From the NCBI GenBank assembly GCA_965153285.1, contig OZ229113.1: DNA of 64,000 bases, one strand, 5' to 3'. This stretch comes from Podarcis tiliguerta (lineage: Eukaryota). The position numbers were made by a program, and so were the translations under genes. This document shows positions 39,829-52,955 of this stretch, piece after piece; the first letter of the stretch is position 1; every line of letters begins with the position of its first letter. Below the pieces are notes generated by a model, which was given only the letters and a program-made list of their open reading frames with translations, did not search any database and was not told where the DNA came from.

Positions 39829-41199
39829 TACCATACTTTTAAGACACAGCATTAGATCTTTGATTAACTGAAATCAAACCCCCATGCAGAGATTTCCTTG
39901 GAAGTACTATCATGCATGTAACAATTGCATGCAGAAGATCTATGTGCAACTACAGGTTTCTTCTCAAGGGAAAGAAATGAGTCACATCAAGTAAAGCACC
40001 ACGAGTCTCTGACACCATAAGGAACAAGAGCTTAGCACATATGATCATATGGCAATTCTGCCTAACTGAAACACTGTGTATCTTTCCCTACCCACAGAAC
40101 ACTATGAGGAAAAATGCAGAAACACTGTGCAGAACAATTTCCCTCCCCACCTTGCACGAGTTTGTGTGTGTGTGCGCACACAAACACACACTTCAAATTG
40201 TACTCTATTGTTCCTGTCATGTCAAAGCAATTTTTCTCTGGAGCTAATCAGATTCAAAAATTAACACATCCTCAAATTCAGTTTGACATCAGAAGGTTTG
40301 GCACAAGCTTCCACTTAAAGCGTTCCTCAATTAGTTATAAAAAGGCAACATATTCTATTTGACTACTTGTTATAATGTAATTAAACTTTTTTTTACAAAG
40401 TCTATGTTTGCACAGATAACTTGCTTTAACTCTTCTATCCTTCTTAAAACTACAGAACCATTGAATACCTAAACCACAAAATAAGAAATAATACAAATAC
40501 AAAAGCTTATTTCATGACTTCCAGCTTGCCATTCAATTAATTCAGTAGTCATGTGGCTTACAAGCCTGTTAAAAAGGCAAAAAAGTTCACAAAAGTCTGG
40601 TTCACACACCACGTTAAACCACAGGACACTGGTGCACGCTACTGAAAATGTATCACCTGGCTCCTCCCCACTTTGCCAGGTCACCCACCTAAATTCCTGG
40701 ACACAAGAATCGCCCAACCACAGCATCTCCATCTCATAAGGAGTCAGTCTCAGTTTCATCTAGCCCAGCATTTTCTACATTGGGTTCTAAGGTCTCAGCC
40801 AGATCAAATCTGAGACCCACAGTACACAAAGCATATTTGTACCTCTGAGTCATAATCCCTCCACATGAAAATTATGGGGAGGTAGGAGAAAAGCATTGCC
40901 TAACACATGGGTGAGCTCAAACCACTAGCCCTTCAGTTAAAAGCCATGTGCATTGGCCAACTGCCTCTTTGATAAGAAGCAAACAGGGTCAAGGAATTGC
41001 AAGCAGCAAGTTAAACTGCCCATATAGCCTCCCTTTACATTTTAAAGTGTATGCTTAAAATACTTTACACCTAAAACATGTAATTTGTAAGCTAAGAATG
41101 CAATGAACATGCTTGCAGATACATGCATCATTCTTCTCAGAACTGTGGCAGCCTGAGTGATTTATGCAGCCAAGGCTGCTGTCTGCATAGTGTGTGAAA

Positions 41200-42030
41200 T
41201 TTTATTTAAGGCATTTTTATACTGCTCTTGACACATATTTATATCAGGGAGGTTTATAATACAATTTAAAATCTGGGGGGAGGAGAAATCAGGTATACAA
41301 CAGAACAATTAAAACTAATAGACAATTGAACAGACAACCAAATAAAAGAGCAGAATGGAAAAGCTTCATTGCCACAGCTTAAAAGCACAACTCACTAACA
41401 TGCCTGAGAGAATTTTCTTCTAAATGTCTTATCTAAAAAATAATACAATGGGCGCCAGAGACACTTCCTTGAGGAGAGTGTTCCACAACCTGGGCACCAC
41501 AGATGAAAAGGCTCCTTTATTGACACCAGCTTGATCTCAGGTGGTTAGTAGCACTGTGAGAAAAATCTCAGTGGAAGATCATTTGGACAAACTGATATGG
41601 GGAAAGGTGGCCTTAACCAATGCAGAACTCTCAAATGTGCTGAAATATGTTCCCAATGAGTCACCCAAGTTAAAGTCTTGGCTGATTATTTTGAACTAAT
41701 TGCAGCTTCCAAACCAGCTTCAAGGTAAGCCTCATGCATGGCATGTCACAACACGTTATGGCAGTCTGAAAGAGATGTTACCCAAGCATGGGTAACTGGT
41801 GCCAGACTATCTCAGAAGACATGACAGCCTATGCTGGTTAAAGAAAAACACTCCACATTACGGAAGTCACCTTTGCCTCAAGTGAAAAGGTTGAATCAAG
41901 GAGCACGCACAAGCTGAGATCCTGGTCTCTCAGCGGGATCGAAAGCCCACCCAAATCAGGATAGTTACCTGGTCTGGAGAGAGGGATTCTATCTATCCAA
42001 CAGTGCTTCCACTTTATCAGGGTTGACCAA
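41200..42030 (-). mobile_element. Decayed L2-type LINE 3' portion
   Basis: gagtgttccacaacctgggcaccacagatgaaaagg; ttgcagcttccaaaccagcttcaaggtaagcc; cagtgcttccactttatcagggttga (LNPDKVEAL on the minus strand). Confidence 0.7.
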
Positions 42031-42529
42031 GAAAAAGAAGACTGATTTTTGAATTTACGTTAATGGCATTATGCTCCTTAATTCTTGATCGATCAATTGA
42101 TCTATATGTGCTTTGTTAAAGCTAATCTGTGTGTTTTTTAAAGCACAAAAAAACCAAAAGTTCAGGCCCAAATTATTTGAAAGCATTGAGTAGACAAAAC
42201 AAACCAGGCTCAACAGTCAGGAGGGAGCAGCTCTGTGTTGGCACGCAAGGGTCGCAATGACCTAATCAGGCTTTAGCTCTTGTTTCTCTGATTCTGTGGT
42301 ATTCTATCCTGCCATAATATTTACAAGTACAACAAATTTTAAAAAACTATGATTAGTTACTAAGGAGACAGGAATTGTTTAGCAAGAGTCAGCATCTAAA
42401 TCATTCCCTCTCCTCTTATAGAAGAGCATATTTGTAAGATCCCACTGTTTTCCCAGCTCCTTCTTACTAACGGTCTCTTTCTACAACAAGAAATGAATTT
42501 TATCTACCAAAATCACTGTTCAGTGAGGG

Positions 42530-42860
42530 ACCATGGCCCAGTGACAGGGCACAGGGATTGTGTGCAGATGCGCCTTAGTTCAGTTTCTGAATTATTATGT
42601 TTTTAAAAGGACACAGGTAGCAGAAAGAGCTCTGTCAGATACCCCGGAGAGCCACTCCCAGTCACCAAGACCGGGGATGAGGAACCTATGGCCTTCCATG
42701 TGTTGATAGAGTCCAACTCCGATCACCCCAGACAGTTTGGCTAATGGTAAGAAATTATGGGATTTGTGGTGCAGTAACATGTGGAAGGCTACAGGTTCCC
42801 AATCCTTGCAGCAGAGCGTCTTGGTTTAGCTCAGTATTGGAACAGCTTCATAGGTCTATG
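42530..42860 (+). mobile_element. tRNA-derived SINE interrupted by a hAT hairpin MITE (~42671-42808)
   Basis: The SINE body ...ccccggagagccactcccagtca is broken by ggggatgaggaacc...ggttcccaatcct and resumes ...ctcagtattggaacagcttc. Confidence 0.6.
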
Positions 42861-43818
42861 TTCAAACCAAGCCAGCAGGATCGGGAAACACATTTTCTTC
42901 AGCTGCACTCTAAAAAAAACAGGAAACAGAAAGTAGAATAGATACTAGCATTTAAGATTCCTGCTCCATTTTATTATGGTAGGGGATAGCATAAAGCCAC
43001 ATATGTGCCAGTTAATTTTGTGATGGTCAAAAAGCAGGTGAAGTGTTAACATGTCCCTCAGCACTCACTAAAAGTCAAAGAAAGCATCTCCATAAAAATA
43101 CCTAAATTACACAGCACCTAGCAGAGTCGAGTACTTTCACCATATAAATGTGTGTTAATTTCAGCAGTATTTGAAAGATAAATACGGCACTTAAAAAAAC
43201 TCAGTTCCTCCAAAATAACCTATGAAATATCTTCTTTGAAACAAGAAAGTGAGTATGGGGAGAAAAAACATGTGGTGCAGGGCACCATAGACTACAAGTG
43301 ATGTACAACATGATTGACCACTTCCAAGGACAACATGCATGGTTCCCTTAAACCTTCCCATGTTATCCTTGCAGCAACCATACGAGGCAGGTCAGCCAGT
43401 GAGCTCCATGGACAAGTGGCAATTTGAACCTGAGTCTCATAACCACTACATCACATCAACTAGTATGTTGGGGAGGTTCAGAAAGGTTATGGTAAAGTTC
43501 TTCTCCCTAAAATGAGTACTGAGGGAGTAACTGTTTTTAAACTTGGAACTCAAAGAAGAAGTGTTGTACCAAGTGATACACAGAAATAGATCAGTGGCTA
43601 CCATGGACCCTGAGACTCAACCACTACACACTCGGTGTCAGAAAATGCCCTACAGGAATAAAGAAGGGGTAATCTGAGAATCAGGCTCCAAGGCAGATGA
43701 GGCAGGTAACTATGCAGGGATTTCTGGCTCAGGATAAGTTGATGATCCACATTGTGGGTTGAAGGGAGAACTCCTCCACTCTTGCCTACCAAATCTATTG
43801 GGCTCAAGGGAGCAATAT

Positions 43819-43862
<44 letters not shown>

Positions 43863-43975
43863 ACAACAACATTTTATTATTTCAACAACAACAATTTATT
43901 ATTTATACCCCGCTCATCTGGCTCGGTTTCCCCCGCCACTCTGGGCAGCTTTCAACAAAATATTAAAATACAGCA
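43819..43975 (-). mobile_element. L2-type LINE extreme 3' end with expanded (AAC)n tail
   Basis: (aac)14 followed by tttattatttataccccgctcatctggctcggtttcccccgccactctgggcagct. A similar remnant lies at ~9014-9050. Confidence 0.65.
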
Positions 43976-45423
43976 AAAGGGCCAGCCAAAGTTGTTCACC
44001 TTTTTTTAGGATTGAAGTTGTTAAGCTTTTTTAGGATTTTACCCCAGGAAATAAATTGCCACAGGGGTTGGATTACACCGGCCAGCAGGCCGGATTAGGC
44101 CCCCGAAACCGACTTTGGACATGCCCGCATTAAAACATCCATGAACAAAATAGTTTGGTGTCACGTACTGTGAAGCCAGTTTGACACATATGCTGCAAAA
44201 ATGACACTTTGAACACCTTGGTCCCAAATGAAATGCACATTCAGTAGAAGCTGGCGCTGTACATGTTAAGTCCTCTTTAAAAAACAGTAGCCAGCTATTC
44301 ATGGGGAGTAAAGAGCAGGCAGGAATGAATTCAGCATCTCTAGAAACTGGTTGGAATAAATGCTGTTTTGTCAAAGCTCTTTGGGTGCAGCAGCAGCAGC
44401 CACTGGATCAGGGAGATCAACTTCATGCATAGCACCTGTTCACATGCTTGGTTCTTTATACATCTAGGGACAGGCACAAAGAAGCCATATGGTCCTTTCT
44501 TGGATTAGGGCACTTGGTTGAATCTTCAAGTTTATAAACAGACGGATTAGAACTTTCACCCAGCCCCCAAAGCTTGAAATGTCCAAAGCTTGCAATTGCT
44601 TCCTAAGGGTGACATTCTGAAAATGGCACAGACTGTAATCAGAACATTTAAGCCAAGGAGACAGAATATGGTCACCTTTTACTAGGTCACAGTAAAAACC
44701 CAATCCTTAAGTCTGGTATGTTTTAAGTATGCTTTTAAAATGGAAAGAGGCCATATTCCCACATTCAATTTAAAGATGAAAATACAACAAACGAGCAAGC
44801 ATTTGTCAAATATACGTGAGGAAAAGGGGATAGTGAAGAATAAACTGGACATTTTATTTCAAAAAAAAACTTCATAGTCTTCTTCTCCCCACCTCAAGCC
44901 CATGACTAGAACTCAAAGCACTTTATGAATTTTTTACACACACATACATACACATGTAACAGTTAAAGTCAAGCCAGAATGTACAACATGAACACATAAT
45001 CCAAGTTATTTCCTCCAGAAACTCCTACTTTATTCTCTCCCTCAACATTAATGAAACACACTCTTCATTTCCTGTCCTAAAGCATTATGTAATATTTGCT
45101 GTTACCCAGCTTTGGATAGTAACCTTTGAGTTGGAAGCATTTAGATGAAAGTGCAAGTATATCAGCTGCTTATGGTATATACAAGGGCAATTTTGAGTGC
45201 ATACCATACAGTATTCTCTGCTCAACTCAGAAATTAGGGATAACCAATACACCTTTACAGCTGATATTGATAAAATCAAGGTCTTGCACTATTTTTTCAC
45301 ACATTATCTGAGCCTAATTCTCCCCACCTCCCGCCTTTTCACTTTACTTCCCCCACCTTTGAAAGAAAACCAGTTTCCCCATCACTTCAATGGACAATTC
45401 CCTTCCCATTTTTTTGGTACCAA

Positions 45424-45579
45424 GGACGGGTTGTGCCCCCGTTGGTTAGAGTGTGGTGCTGATAATGACAAGGTTGCAGTTTGATCCCTGTATGGGGCAG
45501 CTGCATATCCCTGCACTGCCGGGGGCTGGACTAGATGATCCTCAGGGTCCCTTCCAACTCTATAATTCTATGATTCTAT
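45424..45579 (+). mobile_element. SINE with tRNA-Ile-like head and CR1-type 3' tail
   Basis: gttggttagagtgtggtgctgataatgacaaggttgcagtttgatccc resembles tRNA-Ile. The tail ggactagatgatcctcagggtcccttccaactctat..attctatgattctat is the CR1 3' end. Confidence 0.75.
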
Positions 45580-46387
45580 TTGTAAAGAAGTGTCTCTTTA
45601 CAATGCTAAATTGGTTTCTATGCAAGAATACATAGGGTGATAGCCAAGATCCACTAAAATCAATAGGCTTAACTACACTGATGTCAATGGGTCTACTCAG
45701 AGTGTAGCTAACCCTGGCAGACTATGTGAAGAAGTGTCTTAGAAAAACAGAATTGGTCATATATCATCAGAGGTGCTTCAGGTTTGTAGTATCTACTTTT
45801 ATTCTATAACATGATGCTGTGGTTCACCCTGATCTTTGATAGTTCAGCATGTTTGGTTTTGTGGAATTCAGCCCTCTTGTTGAATTTATACTGTTATATT
45901 CCTTTTAGAACCATTTTACTTGTTTTATAACACTAATGATTTGATCTGTGTCATATTCAATTAAGTTTTACTCAGAGTAGACCCACTTAAATTAATGACT
46001 GTGTTATGGCCATAAATTTCAGCAGGTCTACTTAAACTTATTTGAATACCACCCTCTTTTTTAAATTGTATCTTGCATTGTTGCAGCGTGTTCTCGAACC
46101 TTATGGTGAAGTGCAAGCAAGAAATCTTATAAATAAATAAAATAAGCAAGGACACACTTAAAATTATGAGTTGAGCACATGCTCAGCCTGAGAATCATAT
46201 TTTCAAGAGCAGAGCACACACAAACACACTCCTGGTTTTCTCTCAGGCTTTCTCCATTTCAGCAACCTAGTTGTTGATCGACTGGGAGTAAGAAACCCTA
46301 CAAATCGCGCAGAGTCCTAGTAGATGTGTCCTCTATCCACCACTACACAAAGGGATATTTTTAATTTTGCATAATTGCATACAGTGA

Positions 46388-46700
46388 CCCCAGCTCAGTG
46401 ATACAGCACATGCTTTGGATGCAGAAGGTATCAGGTTCAACCACTTACATCTCTAGTTAAAGGAAGCAAATGGGAAAGGCCTGTCTGCCTGTCTCCAGAG
46501 GCTTGCAGGTAGCACAGGTGTGGGGAACCTTTGGTCCTCCAGATGTTGCTGAACTACAATTCCCATGAACACTGGCCACTGGGGATGGTGGGAGTTGTAG
46601 TTCAGAAGAGACAAAGGTCCCCCATACCCAAGTAGACAATACTGTACTCAACTAGATGAGCAAGTAATCTAATCTGGTAAAAGGATGTTTCCCATGTTTT
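46388..46700 (+). mobile_element. tRNA-derived SINE interrupted by a hAT hairpin MITE (~46515-46631)
   Basis: Head agctcagtgatacagcacatgctttggatgcagaaggtatcaggttcaa; insert caggtgtggggaacc...ggtcccccatacc; resumes gtagacaatactg. Confidence 0.65.
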
Positions 46701-47913
46701 GACAGTTACATAATTGAAATACATTCTTGTCAAATATTGTATATTTTTTAAAAAATCAATCAAATAATTGCTTCATATTTTCATGGTGTCACTCAACATC
46801 TTTTAGAAAGTCAGACTGAGAAAACCATAGGCTTGTGCTATTTTATGCATCTGAATATCAAGACTAATATATTATAATATTTGAATAATTAAAGTATGCA
46901 TCAGTAAACAACTAAAGGATGAAATCTTAAACTCAGTGTCTAGGGAGCAAATTCCACTGAACTTTGAGCAACTTAAAAGAGCAACTTACTTCTGAGTAAA
47001 CATGGACAGACTTATACCGCAAAGGACTGAACTTCAAGTAATTCATAAATGAAGGCAGATGTGCTCTGCTACATGGATTAGGGACACAACAAAGTGGTTT
47101 TAAAGAGCTATTCATATAGTTTCAGACTCTTTCATTAACATGCAGGGGATTTAATCAGATAATTCCCAATAACCTTTCAATGAGATTTTGCAGCCCTTTT
47201 CTTGCAGTCCCTCCCCCCTTCACATACCACAGAACACAGAAGCAAATTAGGTTACATGCCCTTAAATTCTAAAACTCTATTTTCAGCCTCCCTGTATTAT
47301 CTTTTCCAGTTATTAATCAAATGAATGTCCTCTTTAAAAACTTCCAATTTAGTACAGCATAACCAATGAAGAATCTTAATCAAATTTAAGTGAAAGGGCT
47401 GTAAAAGTGGGCTTAAAGGGGAAAATAGTGAGCACACACTCAACACACACCCCAGTTTCTCATCTGGCCTTCCCATCATCACTTGAAGAATTGTTTTCTA
47501 GTTACATCATCAGGAAATAAAACACAGAACAAAAAGAAGAAGAACGCTTGGTGTTCATACTTCTCTCAAAGGATTCCAGCTAAGCTCCCCCCCCCCCCCC
47601 CCGCTTTTTTTAAGAGAAGGAGCAGGAGGGAGAAACCTACGATCCAATTCCCCCAAACAGTTGTGTTGTGGAAAACCAAGATGAAAAGATTAAAATGCAA
47701 CAACCAGTTTATTACTCTATCATCAGCAGAGAGAAGGAACTGCTCTGAACTTAACTCTCCCGAACATTCATTTTGGCCACAAACTGATTAGACAAATGAA
47801 ATGTTTCACACAGTCCAAAGCGTTAGCTGGAGCCAGAACACATTAATAAGCTTTGAGCTCTGGCTATCATTGACATACACTACAGACACAACGAGTCTGC
47901 ACAACACAGAGTT

Positions 47914-47940
47914 CCTTATATGGTATTGCCATGACGTAAT
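47914..47940 (+). promoter_or_regulatory. Perfect CArG box (SRF site) next to a CRE/ATF-like site; candidate internal FILIP1L promoter or enhancer
   Basis: CCTTATATGG at 47914-47923 and TGACGTAA at 47932-47939, in apparently repeat-free sequence ~150 nt upstream of a strong donor AAG|GTAAGA (48090/48091). Confidence 0.45.
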
Positions 47941-50593
47941 GCTCCATAGGCTTGGGGCATGCAGAGAGACTCTCTCTCATTGTTTGGTGTAACTGCTGGA
48001 ATGCTCACATCCCTGATGCCTAAGAGAATCAAAATCCCAGCACCGCGGAGCAAGAGCTAACACAGGGACTCTGCAGTTCATTCACTGAAGGTAAGAGGGA
48101 AGTTGTGGGATGAAGTTTCTTTTAGCAACCAATAGACATTTTGCTTCAAAGTTAACTTGGTTCACTTTAAGAAATCCACAGCGTGCATGATTTAATTTGC
48201 ATCACAGAGGTTTTTGAAGCATCAGCTACAGCAAACAACTACTAAACTGTTTTTAATGCTCTCCCTTTAAGCATAGGAGGCTATTTCCAAACCAAAAGAT
48301 GAGGCTTTGATATTGAGAAAGGGGGAAACCTATGAATTACACTCCGATTCCAAGTGTGTGCTGGACAGAGTCATAACTATATTTAAAATTGTGGGAAAGG
48401 ACCCAGCAACGATGTAATGGATAAAAAGTTTTAGCGATTATTTTTATACATTCAAGTGACACACTAACAGGCATGTGGAAACATGTATATAAAAGAGTTT
48501 ATTGTACTTTTCAACAATTTTAGAAGATGTGCTCAAGGAGATACTGCCTTAGTTTTTTTTTTTTTAATGCAACTATTAATGCAAATGCTTCAGTTATATT
48601 TAGGAGTTGCTTTTTGTTTGTTTGACTGCATATGTTCAGTTTAAAGAGGAAAGGGAGACTAGTTACCTTTAAGATCCTTTTCATACCTTTGTTTAAAGAA
48701 ATAGTGCTGCTTAAGAAACGGAAGCTTTTCTTCCCTGAAAAGCACATTTCTGCAAGGTGCTAATTGGTCCAGGTTACCAGGCATTAAGGTCACTCAACAT
48801 TTCTCAGTACAGGGCTGAACCCTAACAGAGTGATCTGTACCATTTTTCCTATCAGCAATATTTATTCATGGCAAGATTAAACAGTGTAGCCAACTGAATT
48901 TAACATGTGAATGCAAATGATTTTTTTTAGGGGGGGGGAGTTTGAAGGTACACATAAACTTGCACTATTCTGTAATGTGTATTCTGTATTCACCAGCTAT
49001 ATCTTTAAAAATTGTATGTTGATTTGTGGAAATTTGAACTTCCTATGTATTAATTTAAGGCTACTATTTTAAAACAATGCCTCTGAAGGACAATTGGAAC
49101 CATGCAATATTAATTTTTTTTTAAAGTACTAAATATTATGGAAAGAAACAGCTAGCTTAGCAGTATTTGTTTTTGTTTTTTAAGAGGTGCTTGCAATGTA
49201 TATAGCATGTGCACATCACCACACGTATAACTACCTGACGCTTGAGAACTTTGGATTTTGTTTTAAATACTGTACCAACGTAGAAGCAGTAAGCACAATG
49301 TGGGGGAAAGCATCTGATTCTTAGAAACTTTCCCAAATGGCTAACATTCTAAAATCTGCCAAGGTGAACCTTTCGCTCACTACTAACTCACCTACATCTG
49401 GCAAATTAGCAATGTTTTCTAGGCTTTTAGAACAAAGCTGCTCAATTAAGGAAGAGAAAATCCTAGTTCTTTTGGTGCTTTCAGACCGGCTCAAAGCAGC
49501 TTGCTGAATTGATTTACAAAGCGAAAGACATCAACTCAAACAAACTTGGTTGGGTTTTTTTAAGGGAGCAACTTATATTTAGGAGAGGCTTCTTTCTACT
49601 TCTTTTTAGCTGCACCTGCAGAACAATCCCAGATGTTATAGTTCCCCAAGTCTTATATGGTTAACTGTTGCTTTATCAAATGCATCTGCCATTTCACTGC
49701 TTAGTAAACAGAAACATTTCACTTCATTGAGGAGAAAGGCATACCTTGAGCCAAAGGGTGCCAAAAAGTACATTACAAGGCACCACAAGATAAAGTTCAA
49801 AAGCTAAATCAGTTATCTGAAAATGAATAAGTAACATAAAAGTTTATTCGGTAGAGCTTTTAAGCAGCAATGCAAAGGTTCTTCCAATCAGCTTTTGAAA
49901 CCACCAGGAGGGAAATCATTAATTACTATTTAACATGCATCTTAAAAACACTGACAGAGGAACAAACTGCATCTAAGCTGATGAACTAACTAATCAAAAG
50001 CATTTACACTTCTTGTATAATTATACGGATTAAAACTTACTTCAGACATAAAGTTAAATATGGCTCTCATTCACCTGACATAAAAGTTAGTTTTTAAGAA
50101 TTTCACCCACTCTTCTAATTTCAAAACCACTAATCAATATCACATTATTTTCACCCCCTCTTGTTGTTTTTACATGATCCTTGGTAATCAAACTGTGTAA
50201 AGACATACTAAAGAAACCGGCAAAAACTAAAGCGTGATTGATTCCTGTGGGAAATTTAAGCACATGCTGAACTTCTTTGCAGATAAGACCTTAAACCTTT
50301 AACTTTGGTTTATCATGCCCATTCCACCATGTGAGTGGAAACCCAATTACATTTCTAATTGTAAGAAATGCACTGTATAGGGACATTCTAATATGTCTTA
50401 CTGGCCATCTGAATTTGCTTTGCAAATGCCAGTGGATTACTGATGATTGATGGGAGTCATGTTTATAGATTCAACAGTATGTTTATGGAACAAAGGGAAA
50501 CTCTGAGAGCCATGAATAGTACTGGTATTGCTTTAGTGACATCACTGTGGACAATGTAACTTGTGGCCCATTACAACATTCAGTGTTCTAATA

Positions 50594-50806
50594 CGGTGGT
50601 ACCTCTGATTACAAACTTAATTTGTTCTTATCCTGAAACTGTTCTTAAGCTGAGGTACTACTTTAGCTAATGGGGCCTCCTGCTGCCGCCGTGCCACCAG
50701 TGAATGATTTCTGTTCTCATCCTGAGGCAAAGTTCTTAACCTGAGGTACTACTTCTAGGTTAGCGGAGTCTGTAACCTGAAGTGTTTGTAACACGAGCTA
50801 CCGCTG
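50594..50806 (-). mobile_element. Tc1/mariner-type MITE family A, copy 4 (more diverged)
   Basis: ta|cggtggtacctc...ctttagctaatggggcctcctgctgccgcc...cgagctaccgctg. Confidence 0.85.
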
Positions 50807-51918
50807 AATACTGTTCCAAATACCCTAAATTCCATAACATTAACTGGTTTCATCCTCAAAAGATATTTTTCCCAGAACATGTAATTTTCAAAATTAGTTA
50901 ATATTAAACAATTAAAGTGTTCTGTGGTGACTGAACAGCCTTTTATGCAGATGTAATTTTATTGAAGTTGCTACTCCATCAATTGCAGCCATTCTAAGGT
51001 GTTTTGCAAGAATCAACATAAAGTATGCCTTCATGTATTTATTTATTTTTCTTAACAGCCAGTTCTTCACAAGTAGCTATCAGTTTAATGGAATCAGCTG
51101 GAATTCTAGTTTTTTAAATGTTAGAGATTGGCACCCTTCAAAAATTAACTGGAATGGCGATTATTTAGCTCCTTTGACCGTTAGAACCTTAAATGGAATG
51201 GAAGTGCTTATACACATAACTTTTCCTTCCGGAAAAAGGTCAAAGGAGGTCACAGCTGATTTTTTGGGAATATCAGAATAATAAAGAATAAGTTAAAAGA
51301 AAAGCCTTCCAAGTTGAGAAGGCAGCATAAAACCACATGGCTACCACAAAATGCCACACCACCTTCCTCTGTGCCCTTTTAAAGCAATAAGGGAGAATTT
51401 GGGGATGCTCTCACCCTATATTTCATGTCTCTGTGCCCATCTCTGCTACCCTGATGTAGGACAGCTAGTGTCTGCAGCAAGGAGCATGCTGTACCCATGC
51501 AGGCTCCTCACATGATTTAGAAACCAGAAGGATCAGGGTTCGTAATTATGCTGGGAGGCTACAGTAGAGAAGCCGTCCTGCTATAGACATTCAGACCTCC
51601 AACTCCTAGAGGATGACAGGACTGGTGATGGAGGGGGCGGAGGCAACATGCTTGTTTCCTCCTTCTCCCTCGCATCAATTGTGTGGAGAAATTGACCAGC
51701 CACATAGTACTACAGATCACTAAACATCCACTGTCCTGCTCCATCCACAAACCACTCAGCTGAAAGGAGCAGAGGGGCAGGAAACAGGTTAATGTAACAA
51801 TAATATTGTGGGAGTAAACAAGCTTATTTATATTCTCACATCAGCTCTTAAAATTTCAGGTTTTAATCCTTCTCTAAGAGAGAGAAATCTATCTCAAGCA
51901 GTACTGATAAGAAAAAAT

Positions 51919-52030
51919 ATATAGAAAAAGGTATATAGTGTATTTACAACACGTCATTTAGCAAACCACATCCATATAGAAAAAGGTATATAGTGTATTT
52001 ACAACACCTCGTTTAGCAAACCACATCCAT
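51919..52030 (+). repeat. Local tandem duplication of 55 bp (2 mismatches)
   Basis: atatagaaaaaggtatatagtgtatttacaacac..tttagcaaaccacatcc at 51919 and 51974. Confidence 0.95.
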
Positions 52031-52706
52031 TAATAATGTCAACTGCCACAAAGGGGCTGCCTTACAATGAAAATGGTAAAGATTATGTACTGTTTTGGGT
52101 GTGTTTTTTTCAAGTGTCTTTTTATCATCTGCTTCCCTTGATGTAGATTGTTCACTCAAAATCCAAAGAAAATGCTATTTACACTTTCTAAGTTTGTCTT
52201 TTGTATCCTATGTCATAACTAGGGAACTGCTGTAGTCCCCCTTGATGAAATGTAATTTAAAATCCGTTTCGGGACCAATTAATGTTTTTTTGTACACCTA
52301 ATTCCTTATGGTAATAATGAACAGAATGCAGTCATCAAAATTAGGTTCTTCTTTCTTCAGCAGGATTAAAGGCTTAGTTGAATGACTAATGTAGTACTGA
52401 CTTCATAAGGGTAATGGCTAGAATGCATAATCATTGCTAACAGAGGCAATGATTGCTCTACAGAACCCCATGTGGTAGAACCATTTTGCATTCTTTCATA
52501 CAACTTTCTACATGCATTTCTCAGACTGCGACCTGAATAACCACTTTAAAAGGTACTAGAAAAAGCTCTGCTCTTGCGAGAAGCAAAGGATGCTTCATAC
52601 CAGATGAAGAGGAGATAGCATGTCCGCCACATGTCCCATCACAAATACTATGACATTTGAAGGGGAGTCAAGCATTTGCTTGTGGCATGTTTGCCACTTG
52701 TGAGTA

Positions 52707-52955
52707 CAGTGGTATCTCGGGTTACATACACTTCAGGTTACATACGCTTCAGGTTACACACTCCGCTAACCTAGAAATAGTACCTCGGGTTAAGAACTTT
52801 GCTTCAGGATGAGAACAGAAACCGTGCTCTGGCAGTGCGGCAGCAGCAGGAGGCCCCATTAGCTAAAGTGTTGCTTCAGGTTAAGAACAGTTTCAGGTTA
52901 AGAACGGATCTCCGGAATGAATTAAGTATTAATTCAGAATTAAGAGGTACCACTA
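52707..52955 (+). mobile_element. Tc1/mariner-type MITE family A, copy 5
   Basis: ta|cagtggtatctcgggttacatac...gaggtaccacta|ta. Confidence 0.88.
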
